A stretch of DNA of 64,000 bases from Synechococcales cyanobacterium VAR_4_metabat_354 (lineage in GTDB: Bacteria; Cyanobacteriota; Cyanobacteriia; Cyanobacteriales; Chamaesiphonaceae). Each line of letters starts with the position of its first letter. Within the stretch, counting starts at the first letter, position 1. Both the position numbers and the translations under genes were made by a program. The stretch lies in the NCBI GenBank assembly GCA_031414775.1, contig JANOQI010000024.1, forward strand, positions 64,001 to 128,000. Direction: 5' to 3'. Below are positions 41,318 to 50,531 of the stretch, in pieces. A model generated the notes under the pieces. It had not been told where the DNA came from and did no database searches. It saw nothing but the letters and a program-made list of their open reading frames with translations.

Positions 41318-42616
41318 TTACTCAGTTAACTGATGGAAAGCGAGGTTATTGCGTAAATTCATGAAGTTGGGATCGGTACGGGCGGCATTGCGGACGCTCG
41401 GATTCAATTGAATTGCTTGCTTCAAACTAATTAAAGCCGATTCGTAATCACGCAACTGCGCTTCATAGCAAGCTCTTTGGTACCAAGCATCTACTGACCG
41501 GGAGTCAACTTCTACTGCTCGATCGATCGTTGCCAGCGCTTTGGGAAATCTCCCCAATTCAGCCCAGAGATTAGCTTTGCTCACCCACAGCTGCACGTCA
41601 TCTGGGTTTATTTCTAAAGCGCGGTTGTACATATCGATCGCCTGCTCCGGTTGATCCATGGCCGATAATAATAGCCCCGAATTTTGCCACAAACTCGCCA
41701 CACTAGGATTAATTCTCAAAGCTGCTTGATAACAATCTAGAGCTTCATCATAATAGTTAAGATGGCAAAGAGCCGTGCCCTTTAACCACCAAGCGTCAAA
41801 GTGTTGCGGATTTTTATCTAGATCCCGGTTCAGAAGTGCAACCGCTTCCACATAACGCTTTTGCTTAATTAACTCTTCACTTTTCTCGATGACAGTTGCG
41901 GCAGGAGGATGAGTAAATTTACGGCTGACCGCAAAAATCAGAATTATTCCCAGTAATAATGGTAGTGACCACTGCTTAAAAAGATCTTGGCCAATCCTGG
42001 TTGTTGATATTGGTATACCTAAAGCTCCTTGAGTAATCGTGGTTGCGGCTGCTTGTAAGAAATTACCAAAAGGTGGGACTAGCCATAGCAGCAATAACAA
42101 TCCAAAAAAGCCGTATTGGTAGAGCGGCTGAAGAAGCGCTCGAATCCGCCGAGAGAGAAAAGGTTCAATGATGCCGAACCCATCGATCGAGGGAATGGGC
42201 AGTAAATTAATTAAAATTCCCCAAACCTGTATCCAAATCAAGAAAGCCAGCGCGGGCTGTACCCAAGAAACTGGACTGGGAAACACTCGAAATATTCCTG
42301 CTAATCCCATCACAGTCAAAATGCTGGCAATGGGGCCAGCGGCAGCCACGGCACTTTGCCACCAGCGACTACGCAGATTCTGATGATTGATGTAGACTGC
42401 CGCACCGGGTAAGCCAATGCCACCCATCATCAAAAAAAGTAGGGGCAAGATTAACGAATAGCCCGGTTCAATATATTTGAAGGGATTGAGAGTAAGATAG
42501 CCTTTCTCTTTGACAGAAGTATCACCGCCCCAATAGGCCAAAATGGCATGGCTAAATTCGTGTAGACAGATGGAAAATATCCAGCCAATGGAGACAAAAA
42601 GGGTTACTTCTAGCAT
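41318..42616 (-). CDS. M50 (site-2) metalloprotease with C-terminal TPR repeats
   Basis: HEFSH, AAAGP, NLLPIPSIDG; about 5 TPR motifs after the last TM helix. Confidence 0.88.
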   Translation of the reverse strand: MLEVTLFVSIGWIFSICLHEFSHAILAYWGGDTSVKEKGYLTLNPFKYIEPGYSLILPLLFLMMGGIGLPGAAVYINHQNLRSRWWQSAVAAAGPIASILTVMGLAGIFRVFPSPVSWVQPALAFLIWIQVWGILINLLPIPSIDGFGIIEPFLSRRIRALLQPLYQYGFFGLLLLLWLVPPFGNFLQAAATTITQGALGIPISTTRIGQDLFKQWSLPLLLGIILIFAVSRKFTHPPAATVIEKSEELIKQKRYVEAVALLNRDLDKNPQHFDAWWLKGTALCHLNYYDEALDCYQAALRINPSVASLWQNSGLLLSAMDQPEQAIDMYNRALEINPDDVQLWVSKANLWAELGRFPKALATIDRAVEVDSRSVDAWYQRACYEAQLRDYESALISLKQAIQLNPSVRNAARTDPNFMNLRNNLAFHQLTE

Positions 42617-42797
42617 TTCGATTAATCTTCAGTTCCCTTAATTTATCGCTAAAAGTGCAATTTATCCATTCCTGTATTGCCATATTTTAATCGATCGATC
42701 TCGGGAAGCCCTAGCCACAAGTTTAATCGGTATAGTCGCCAGATGTTCAGGAAAAGTAAGGTTGATTTTCCTAGATGGTGGGCAAACTAAATTATTA

Positions 42798-43922
42798 TTA
42801 GGTGCTGGAATGCTGATAAATTACTTTCTGGTAATAATCTTGGAGTTGCTTAGTCGCAGCGCTCCAACTCCAGCGTTCCGCTTCTAACCTGGCCTGTCGG
42901 CGCAGCTTTTCCCGCCGGTACGGATCGGCTAAGAGCTTTTGAGTGGCCACGATTAATCCCTGTTCATCCAACGGGTCAAAAAGATAGCCATTTTCACCAT
43001 TAGTCACAATATCGGGAATCCCTCCAGACCTGGCCGCAACCACCGGGCAACCTGCCGCCATTGCTTCCAGCAAAACTAAGCCCAGGGTTTCGGTACGGGA
43101 GGGAAAAACAAAAACATCAGCCGAAGCATAGGCACTAGCCAATTCTCGGCCTTGTAGATAACCCACAAAATAAGTATTAGTCCCCGCAAAATAATTCTGT
43201 AATTGCTCTCGATGGGGTCCATCACCGACGATTGCGAGTCTGGCCTTGGGTATTGCTGTCAAGATTGGTTTTAGTCGATCGATCTCTTTTTCGGCTCCCA
43301 ATCTGCCCACATACAGCAGCAATGGCAACGTCGGATGACCTTGAGTCAATTGATCGCGCATCTGATCATTAGCTAGGCTCGGATCATACGATTCAGTATC
43401 TACACCTCTTTGCCACAAGTCAGTACCCATGATTCCGTGCTCAGCCAACTCCTTTACCATCACCGTCGAAGTGCATAAATTTATCGCAGCTTGGTTATGA
43501 GCTAGCTTTAGCAGTTCCCATAACAGCCCTTCGCACCAACCAAAACCATAATATTTTATGTATTTAGGCAGATGAGTATGATAGGAGGCAATCAACGGTA
43601 GCTGCAACTGCTTGGCATAAAAAATCCCGGCCAAACCTAAAACTGCCGGGTTTACTACATGAATAATATCTGGTCGAAAATGTTCGATCGATCGGCCAAT
43701 AGCTGGCCTTGGTAAAGCCATTTTGAGTTCAGGGTAAAACGGCGAAGGAAAAGCTGGTACACCAGTAATTATAGCTCCCTGATATTCGCGCAGTCCGCCC
43801 TCTGGGCAAAAAACCATCACCTGATGGCCATTGCGTTGGAGGTGTTCGATCGTATGGCGCAGACGGGTAACAATGCCATCTACTTTGGGCAGAAAAGTTT
43901 CAGTAAATAGAGCAACGCGCAT
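42798..43922 (-). CDS. sqdX: Sulfoquinovosyldiacylglycerol synthase (GT4)
   Basis: MRVALFTETFLPKVDGIVTRL, HVVNPAVLG, SYHTHLP, LWQRGVD, PSRTETLGLVLLEAMA. Confidence 0.9.
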   Translation of the reverse strand: MRVALFTETFLPKVDGIVTRLRHTIEHLQRNGHQVMVFCPEGGLREYQGAIITGVPAFPSPFYPELKMALPRPAIGRSIEHFRPDIIHVVNPAVLGLAGIFYAKQLQLPLIASYHTHLPKYIKYYGFGWCEGLLWELLKLAHNQAAINLCTSTVMVKELAEHGIMGTDLWQRGVDTESYDPSLANDQMRDQLTQGHPTLPLLLYVGRLGAEKEIDRLKPILTAIPKARLAIVGDGPHREQLQNYFAGTNTYFVGYLQGRELASAYASADVFVFPSRTETLGLVLLEAMAAGCPVVAARSGGIPDIVTNGENGYLFDPLDEQGLIVATQKLLADPYRREKLRRQARLEAERWSWSAATKQLQDYYQKVIYQHSST

Positions 43923-44037
43923 AGAGTCTTATAGGCACTTTGTTTACAAGGTATCAGATGTTAGGGTAATATCCCCATTGCTTTTTGGGCTGGTTGTTAA
44001 GCACAATAGGTATTGTTTACATTTTTACCTCATTATT

Positions 44038-44751
44038 ATGGCCGCAGGTGCTCATCTTTATCTTTACCGCAGTTTTAACGGTATGCCTTACATTCATCAT
44101 GGTATTGACTGCGGCGATGGTACAGTTATTCACTACCAAGGCAAGCTAAAAAATAGCGCCGTGACCCGAGTCAGCCTTGATCATTTTATTGGGGAAACCT
44201 TGCATGTGAAGGAATACGGCAAGTCTGATGCGTCTGAGGTGGTAATTCAAAGAGCCGAAAGTAGATTGGGTGAGAGTGGCTACAACGTCTTTGGCAATAA
44301 CTGTGAGCATTTTGCCTACTGGTGTAAAACTGGTCTTTCTTACAGTGAGCAAATTAGGAATATGCAAGTAGCCGCCACCGGTTTAGCCAGTGTAGGGATG
44401 GGGGCGATCGCTGCCCGAGTTGCCGCTGAAGGCATGAGACTCGGCTCCGGCATGTTGGGGTTGGGTGGCTTAGTGAGTGGTTTTACCACCGATATTGTGA
44501 TGGGCGAAATTCTGTCAGACAGTGAATTTTTGACCGATGAAGAACGGGCAATTAGGCAAAATGCCCGCAGTGCTGGCCAAATAGCAACTACTGTTGGTAG
44601 TATTGCTGGCGGCATGACCGCCGGGCTGATTGGTGGCGGCTTGGGGTTGGCCGCCGCTGTAGCAACACCAGCACTGTTAGGAGTGGGTATTGCCACTGGC
44701 ACCTATTACCTGCTGCAAACTCAGAGCGATCAGAATGAAGAATTAGCCTAA
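44038..44751 (+). CDS. LRAT/HRASLS-type (permuted NlpC/P60) acyltransferase/phospholipase with C-terminal glycine-rich hydrophobic helices
   Basis: YIHHGI..GDGTVIHY, RAESRLGE..YN...NNCEHFAYWC. Confidence 0.85.
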   Translation: MAAGAHLYLYRSFNGMPYIHHGIDCGDGTVIHYQGKLKNSAVTRVSLDHFIGETLHVKEYGKSDASEVVIQRAESRLGESGYNVFGNNCEHFAYWCKTGLSYSEQIRNMQVAATGLASVGMGAIAARVAAEGMRLGSGMLGLGGLVSGFTTDIVMGEILSDSEFLTDEERAIRQNARSAGQIATTVGSIAGGMTAGLIGGGLGLAAAVATPALLGVGIATGTYYLLQTQSDQNEELA

Positions 44752-44787
44752 GTAGTAGAATTACTTGGTTTCTTGATTTTACTACTT
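44750..44787. terminator. Hairpin between convergent genes
   Basis: AAGTAGTAGAATTA-10 nt-TGATTTTACTACTT (stem includes G-U pairs). Confidence 0.5.
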
Positions 44788-44825
44788 AAAATAATAGCTG
44801 AAACTTCAGATTTCAGGGAAAATAT

Positions 44826-45923
44826 TTAGGGTTTCAGTGAATCGACCATTTCCCCAAAACATCTGGGTTGAGGGACTGTAAATTCGGTTTTTTCAAACAT
44901 CTTTTTGGTGAATTCTATATTATGAGGATTCACATCAAACCAATCTCGATGAATATCATCACCATTTTTTAAGCAGTATCCGATGGATAATGCTTCTGCA
45001 AAACAGCCAAAAACCACACCATCGGTTAGTCTCAGCATTTGATAAGACATACTATCCAAAACATACTTAAGATTTTTAGAATAAGCATTACCAGCATCTT
45101 GTCTAATTGCCAGTTTCTGGCAAGATCGATATTCTTCAACAACAAAATTAGATGGTTCAGCAACGTCAATCACAATCAATTTTTTATCGGGGCGCTTAAT
45201 TTTTTCTACAGTTTGACTGGTCAGCAATGTCTTTTTGCTATGGGTACAAGCAACAACCATGTCTATATTTTTTAAATCATGTAAATTAGTCGTTGTTTCT
45301 ATTCCCTGACTCACTGCCAATTCTCCAAGTTTAGCAATATTAGAACCGACTCCAAAAACTTTATATTCATCTTTAACCATGGCATTTACAACGCAATTTC
45401 CCAAAATGCCATAAGGCCCTAAAATTGCAATTCTTGCTGTATTTTTATCGAGATTAGCTAATCGTAATGCACTCAAAACTTCTTCGATTAGTAGATAGGC
45501 GGTGCCATTATCACCAATCGTAAAAACAATATCTGGAAACATTTTTATAATTTCATCACCATCTTGACCAAATAATCTTTTGGTAGCTGCCGCGAGCAGA
45601 ATTACTTTTGCCCCCCGATCGGCTGCCCATTTTGCAGCTGCGATGAACTGTTTCTTAGCTTTTTTGCGGCCTGATGGAGACAATATCTCGCTGGAATCTA
45701 CATCTATCCAGCGCAGCCTACCAATGACACCTTTAATGTTTATTCTCGCTCCATTCACATGACCAAGGTGGGGCTTGTTATTGCCCATGTATCTTTGCCG
45801 ATCGACATCATCCCGTAAATTACTAATAAAAACTACATCTATTTGAGCTTGCCGGTATAAAATCCTTTTCCATGTTCTCCAATCACATACAGAAACGGTT
45901 GCGTCCCAAATACTTGCTTGCAT
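44826..45923 (-). CDS. Acyl-ACP/acyl-CoA reductase-like NAD(P)-binding protein (COG5322-like)
   Basis: FTIGDNGTAY, IAILGPYGILG, VIDVAEPSN, FGCFAEAL, paralleling AAR motifs FTTGNTHTAY, VAVVGATGDIG, LIDGGYPKN, FACFAEAM. Confidence 0.65.
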   Translation of the reverse strand: MQASIWDATVSVCDWRTWKRILYRQAQIDVVFISNLRDDVDRQRYMGNNKPHLGHVNGARINIKGVIGRLRWIDVDSSEILSPSGRKKAKKQFIAAAKWAADRGAKVILLAAATKRLFGQDGDEIIKMFPDIVFTIGDNGTAYLLIEEVLSALRLANLDKNTARIAILGPYGILGNCVVNAMVKDEYKVFGVGSNIAKLGELAVSQGIETTTNLHDLKNIDMVVACTHSKKTLLTSQTVEKIKRPDKKLIVIDVAEPSNFVVEEYRSCQKLAIRQDAGNAYSKNLKYVLDSMSYQMLRLTDGVVFGCFAEALSIGYCLKNGDDIHRDWFDVNPHNIEFTKKMFEKTEFTVPQPRCFGEMVDSLKP

Positions 45924-46090
45924 GTTGCTACTTGATATTACAGATAAATCAATGATTTTTCAGATACTGAAAATCTCAGTATAGTGTTGATAGTTATCAT
46001 CGTGCCCTTCTGAATCAATAATTTTCTGGATTTAGACTACAGTATGCATCTAAGTGTCAAAATGTCTGCAAGCAAACTTACCAAAATTTT

Positions 46091-47140
46091 ATGACTGCCC
46101 TTTCTGACTTTCATGCTAACAGTGGTGCCATATTTCATGATGTTCTAGCAACTGTGCCTTGGAGCTTTGGGAATGAGGCCGCTGCTCTAGCCGCCGCTTC
46201 GTCTGGAGTTGCCGTGATCGATCGAACTCACTGGGGTAGAATATCAGTTAGCGGTGCGGATCGGCTGCGTTTTTTGCACAATCAAAGTACGGCCGATTTC
46301 ATAAATCTTACTACTGGGATGGGTTGCGACACCGTATTCATCAATTCTACTGGTCGGACGATCGATCTAGCTTTGGCCTTAGTATTAGACGACGAAGTAC
46401 TGTTGTTGGTATCACCCTCGCAGCGAGCAGCTATCTACCAACTTTTGGATCGATATATCTTCTTTGCGGATAAGGTATATCTTCAGGATATTTCACCAAA
46501 AACTGCAACTTTTGGTTTGATTGGGGCAGCTAGTGAGTCTGTCGTCAAGGCTTTGGGGGGGCAGACTGATGTCCCAGCTTATCGTCATCAAGTTATCCAG
46601 GTGGATGATATGGCTATTCGAATCGTTGCGGATAGTGGACTGGCATTGCCTGGCCATACACTGGTTGTGGCTATGGATCAATCCGTGAATCTCTGGCAAA
46701 AGCTAGTAGCAATGGGCGCAGTGCCAATGGGCGAAAGAGGTTGGGAGGAATTACGCATTTGTCAGGGGCGACCAGCTACTGAGGCCGAACTGACCGCCGA
46801 TTATAATCCTTTAGAAGTGGGACTATGGCAAAGCATTTCTTTTACCAAGGGTTGTTACATTGGCCAGGAAACGATTGCTAGATTGAATACCTATAAAGGA
46901 GTAAAACAGTATCTGTGGGGGGTCAAGCTACAAGGGGAAGTCGCGATCGGGAGTCCTTTGCTGCTAAATAAAGAAAAAGTAGGGGTTTTAACTAGTTATA
47001 TTGCTACTGCTAATGGCCATCGGGGTTTGGCTTATGTAAAATCCAAGGCTGGTGGGGTAGGTTTACAAGTGCAAGTGGGTGATACTACCGGTGAGATAGT
47101 GGATTTGCCTTTTGTTCGCCACGACTATTACACACCCTAA
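46091..47140 (+). CDS. ygfZ: Folate-binding Fe-S cluster assembly/repair protein YgfZ
   Basis: GADRLRFLHNQST, signature KGCYIGQE.IAR. Confidence 0.92.
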   Translation: MTALSDFHANSGAIFHDVLATVPWSFGNEAAALAAASSGVAVIDRTHWGRISVSGADRLRFLHNQSTADFINLTTGMGCDTVFINSTGRTIDLALALVLDDEVLLLVSPSQRAAIYQLLDRYIFFADKVYLQDISPKTATFGLIGAASESVVKALGGQTDVPAYRHQVIQVDDMAIRIVADSGLALPGHTLVVAMDQSVNLWQKLVAMGAVPMGERGWEELRICQGRPATEAELTADYNPLEVGLWQSISFTKGCYIGQETIARLNTYKGVKQYLWGVKLQGEVAIGSPLLLNKEKVGVLTSYIATANGHRGLAYVKSKAGGVGLQVQVGDTTGEIVDLPFVRHDYYTP

Positions 47141-47793
47141 TGTTGTTAGAGAATGTCGTAGAAGTATGGATGGAGCGGCTAGATCCACCGGAAATACGGG
47201 AGCTAGAATTGATTCTGACGGCAACAGAGTTAGCTTTAGCTGATCGCTGTCGATTGCCACTAGTCCGACAGCGCAAAATAGTAGCAAGAGCGCGGCTGCG
47301 CCAAATTCTGAGCAGCTATCTGGGTATTGCCCCTCGATCGATCGAAATTTCGCTGGGAATTCATGGTAAACCACAGGTACTCGGATTGGAATTTAATGTT
47401 TCTCACAGTGAGAATTTGGCAGTCTATGCCATCGGCCAGCAGCCAGTGGGGATTGATGTGGAGTACTTGAGATCGCTGGAAATGACTAGCTTGGTGCAGC
47501 GTTTTTTTGCGCCAGCGGAGTTGGCTAGTTGGCAAGAACTGCCAGCAGAGCAACAAAAATTGTCTTTCTTCCGGGCTTGGACAATGAAGGAAGCATACTT
47601 GAAAGCGATCGGTACGGGACTACATACATCTCTGGCGGCAGTAGTGGTAGAAATGGATATTACTAAGCCTGGTAGTTTATTAGCTGTCTCGAATACTGAG
47701 AACTGGCAGCTGGAAACACTGGCATTATCTGATGGTTATATCGGAACAGTCGTGATGATGGGGCACCATCATCAAATAGTTATGAGAGGCTGA
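47140..47793 (+). CDS. Sfp-type 4'-phosphopantetheinyl transferase
   Basis: HGKP, FNVSHS, VGIDVE, FFRAWTMKEAYLKAIGTG; TAATG overlap with ygfZ. Confidence 0.92.
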   Translation: MLLENVVEVWMERLDPPEIRELELILTATELALADRCRLPLVRQRKIVARARLRQILSSYLGIAPRSIEISLGIHGKPQVLGLEFNVSHSENLAVYAIGQQPVGIDVEYLRSLEMTSLVQRFFAPAELASWQELPAEQQKLSFFRAWTMKEAYLKAIGTGLHTSLAAVVVEMDITKPGSLLAVSNTENWQLETLALSDGYIGTVVMMGHHHQIVMRG

Positions 47794-47832
47794 CATAAAT
47801 CATGCCGGCTTTTAATATAATATAGTTAAAAA

Positions 47833-48435
47833 CTAGTTCTTTGATCGCATTTTTTGGAACAACCAATAGCCAATCCAACCTGCTAATCCAAATAGAACCA
47901 GCTTGGAAATAGGAGCTAAATACTTTTCAATCAGGGAATAGTTTTCACCCAGTAGAAAGCCAGCACTAGTTAAAGCTAATGTCCAGAGCAGGGTGCCTGC
48001 TGTCGAGTAAATAGTAAAGGTCACAAATGGCATATGATTGATTCCCGCTGGCAAGGAAATCAGGGTGCGGATACCTGGAATCATCCGTCCGAAAAATACG
48101 GCTTTTCGCCCATGTTTATTAAACCAATTGTTCACCCGATCGATATCTTGAGAATTGATCCCTAGCCATTTACCATAGTGATTAGTCCAAATCTCTAACC
48201 GCTGATAATTTACTAAACGTCCCAAATAGTACCAAGTATAAGTTCCGATCATTGTACCGATAGTCCCGGCAGTGACAGCAAGGCCAAAATTCATCTGGCC
48301 TTGAGCAACTGTAAATCCAGCTAAAGGCATAATTAGCTCGGAAGGAATCGGTGGAAAAAGATTTTCCAAAAACATCAACAGACCGATTCCCCAGTAGCCC
48401 AAGCTGCTCATTAGGTTATTAATCCATTCCACCAT
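47833..48435 (-). CDS. DedA family membrane protein
   Basis: LENLFPPIPSELIMPLAG, FGRMIPGIRTLISLPAG. Confidence 0.92.
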   Translation of the reverse strand: MVEWINNLMSSLGYWGIGLLMFLENLFPPIPSELIMPLAGFTVAQGQMNFGLAVTAGTIGTMIGTYTWYYLGRLVNYQRLEIWTNHYGKWLGINSQDIDRVNNWFNKHGRKAVFFGRMIPGIRTLISLPAGINHMPFVTFTIYSTAGTLLWTLALTSAGFLLGENYSLIEKYLAPISKLVLFGLAGWIGYWLFQKMRSKN

Positions 48436-48506
48436 GTTTCCAATTACTCCACCTGTTTATATAGATGTTTGAGATTTCGTCTTTAATTGAGCCGAAATTT
48501 TTGGGG

Positions 48507-48650
48507 TCAAATTGGTAATCGATCGATATCTTAGGTATTACCAATAACCACTAACATCTCACCTTGAGGCAGGCGATGATCAGGCTTGGGATTAATATCA
48601 AAATCTTCGGATTGACCGATCGCTAAGAAGTTTAATCCAGAATCACTACG
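48507..48650 (-). pseudogene. 3' remnant of a KtrA/TrkA potassium-uptake NAD-binding subunit (RCK-C end)
   Basis: Translates RSDSGLNFLAIGQSEDFDINPKPDHRLPQGEMLVVIGNT*DIDRLPI* with an internal TAA at 48531-48533 and no start; resembles the cyanobacterial KtrA C-terminus (GLNLLA...INP...MVVIG...DI.RLPI). Confidence 0.7.
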
Positions 48651-48765
48651 ATGACTGCAATAAAACCCAGACAAATACTCCGAGAAACAGTCATTTTGAT
48701 TTTGGATTTTGGGTTCTTGATGTCAACCTAATGGTATTTCTGGGCATCTTGATCGCATGTTAGGA

Positions 48766-49167
48766 CTACCCCATCAATATTACTCGATCGATCACATGAA
48801 TTATTCCATTATCGGCCTCAATGTCCGCTAAAATCACGGTAGCGTTTTTCACCTCAAAAGCATTACTGCAATCAATCGCGATCAATGAACCTTCCAACGA
48901 CTCTACTGCCTTAACTTTAGCCAAATCAGCTTGGGTTAATTTCCCCGCAACCACATGATATTTCAGAATGCGGGCTAACTGTGGTGGGTTTTGAACTAGA
49001 GTCTGGACGGTGCCGGGTGGTAAGTTAGCAAAGGCTGTATCGGTGGGGGCGAAAACCGTAAAAGGACCAGGAGATTTTAAAGCTTCTACTAACCTAGCTG
49101 CTTGGACAGCAGCAACCAAGGTTTGAAAGTTATCGTTACTAACGGCGATGTCTACAATATCTGGCAT
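48766..49167 (-). CDS. cupS: CupS fasciclin (FAS1) domain subunit of NDH-1(3)
   Basis: [49 protein letters not shown]; directly after cupA. Confidence 0.9.
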   Translation of the reverse strand: MPDIVDIAVSNDNFQTLVAAVQAARLVEALKSPGPFTVFAPTDTAFANLPPGTVQTLVQNPPQLARILKYHVVAGKLTQADLAKVKAVESLEGSLIAIDCSNAFEVKNATVILADIEADNGIIHVIDRVILMG

Positions 49168-49221
49168 ATTTTTTCCTGGATTATAATAGTGGATGGAGTG
49201 CAACCGCAACCTACCTGAAAA

Positions 49222-50511
49222 TCAGCGATATTCTTGATATTGGATGTCCTGCAACCTGGCTTCTGGACGTTTAAACCGGTCGAGCTGTGTCTCAAAAAAT
49301 CGTCGATTTGCTTGAAGATGCCTAGGGTTAGGATCATCGAGGGGATAGAGTAAAGCACCCCGGAGAGCTTGAATAACAGCCGAAGTTACACAGTACATCG
49401 ATCGTTGAAAGCCAACTCCCAACTGAATTAATATATCGTCCTGACCGCGACAGTGTTGTTGGTAGTAATCGATCAAATATTGAGGGAGAAAATGATACAT
49501 ATCATCCATCAGTAGGGTGGGCGGAATCCCCGCACTGCCTACTGGATTTACATCAGCGTACAAAATTCCGTAGTGGAAATCTTTTTGTTCAGCGGGTACT
49601 TGCCCTGCTTGAGCATTGTAAGATTTCGTACCCCGGAAGGGAGCAGTGCGATAAAATACAGCTTCCACATAAGGTAAAGCTGCTTCATAGAGCCAGGTGA
49701 AACCGCAGGACTTGGGAATGATTTCAAATAACTCACCCCGAATATAAACATGATGATAAATTGGTCTGCCTGCGACCGCAAAAATGCCATTGACCAAAAA
49801 ATTCATCGCATCCGGTACCGATTTAATTTCACCGGCATCATAAAGGTCGCTCATTTCCAAGAAGACCGGAGCCATCACCTCCCAAAAAAGTCCTAAGTTT
49901 GAGTAATAGGAAAGTTGACGTACCTGTTCTAGAAACATTTCGGGGAATAGTTTATGCAAACTCAGCATGGCAGGATTGCCCCGAAAGTAAGCTTTAATTG
50001 CTCGATCGGCATTGGCTTTGTATTCTTCGGTATCTAGGTAAGGATCAAATTTACCTCCCATGCCCCGATGCCAATACATGGCTTGCATACAGGCTTCGGC
50101 AAACTCCATATTGATCCGATCGTGCAATAGGTGATGAGAAAGTTTAGACATTTTGGTGCTACGCCCTTTTTCTATAAACTCTAGGAGTTCGGGGTGAGCG
50201 GTAGCTGCACCTTTTTGCCAGATGCGTAAATCGGCGCTGTCACTGGCATAGTGGTTGGGTAAGTCCAGATATTCCTGGGGGAGAAAGTATTTGAAAGCGG
50301 GGAAGGGATTGATAAAGACTTGTTCGGCGATATAAAGTAAGTCCCGCCAGTAAAAGTCCATTGGCACCGCATAGGCTTTATATAAGCCGATGATTTGCAT
50401 CAGGTTTTCTGGTGTATCGGGCAGCATCGCCCCCCCAGCTTCTAGGCGATGGATGACTTCAGCAAATTGGTGGGTGGATGGGGGAAGTTGAGTGTTAGGA
50501 ATGGTAGTCAT
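49222..50511 (-). CDS. cupA: CO2 hydration protein CupA (ChpY)
   Basis: HRLEAGGAMLPDTPENLMQIIGLYKAYAVPMDFYWRDLLY, HDRINMEFAE, PFRGTKSYNAQA, AGIPPTLLM; about 430 aa, CupA-sized. Confidence 0.93.
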   Translation of the reverse strand: MTTIPNTQLPPSTHQFAEVIHRLEAGGAMLPDTPENLMQIIGLYKAYAVPMDFYWRDLLYIAEQVFINPFPAFKYFLPQEYLDLPNHYASDSADLRIWQKGAATAHPELLEFIEKGRSTKMSKLSHHLLHDRINMEFAEACMQAMYWHRGMGGKFDPYLDTEEYKANADRAIKAYFRGNPAMLSLHKLFPEMFLEQVRQLSYYSNLGLFWEVMAPVFLEMSDLYDAGEIKSVPDAMNFLVNGIFAVAGRPIYHHVYIRGELFEIIPKSCGFTWLYEAALPYVEAVFYRTAPFRGTKSYNAQAGQVPAEQKDFHYGILYADVNPVGSAGIPPTLLMDDMYHFLPQYLIDYYQQHCRGQDDILIQLGVGFQRSMYCVTSAVIQALRGALLYPLDDPNPRHLQANRRFFETQLDRFKRPEARLQDIQYQEYR

Positions 50512-50531
50512 GATTCTGGTGATTGATAGTT

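Noticed and set aside
42690..42730. TCGGGAAGCCC resembling an IS200/IS605-type end or cyanobacterial MITE start
   Set aside because: Only about 10 bp of resemblance, with no following stem-loop, second end or transposase
48693..48713. ATTTTGATTTTGGATTTTGGG, STRR-like heptamer repeat
   Set aside because: Only about three imperfect units, too short to call
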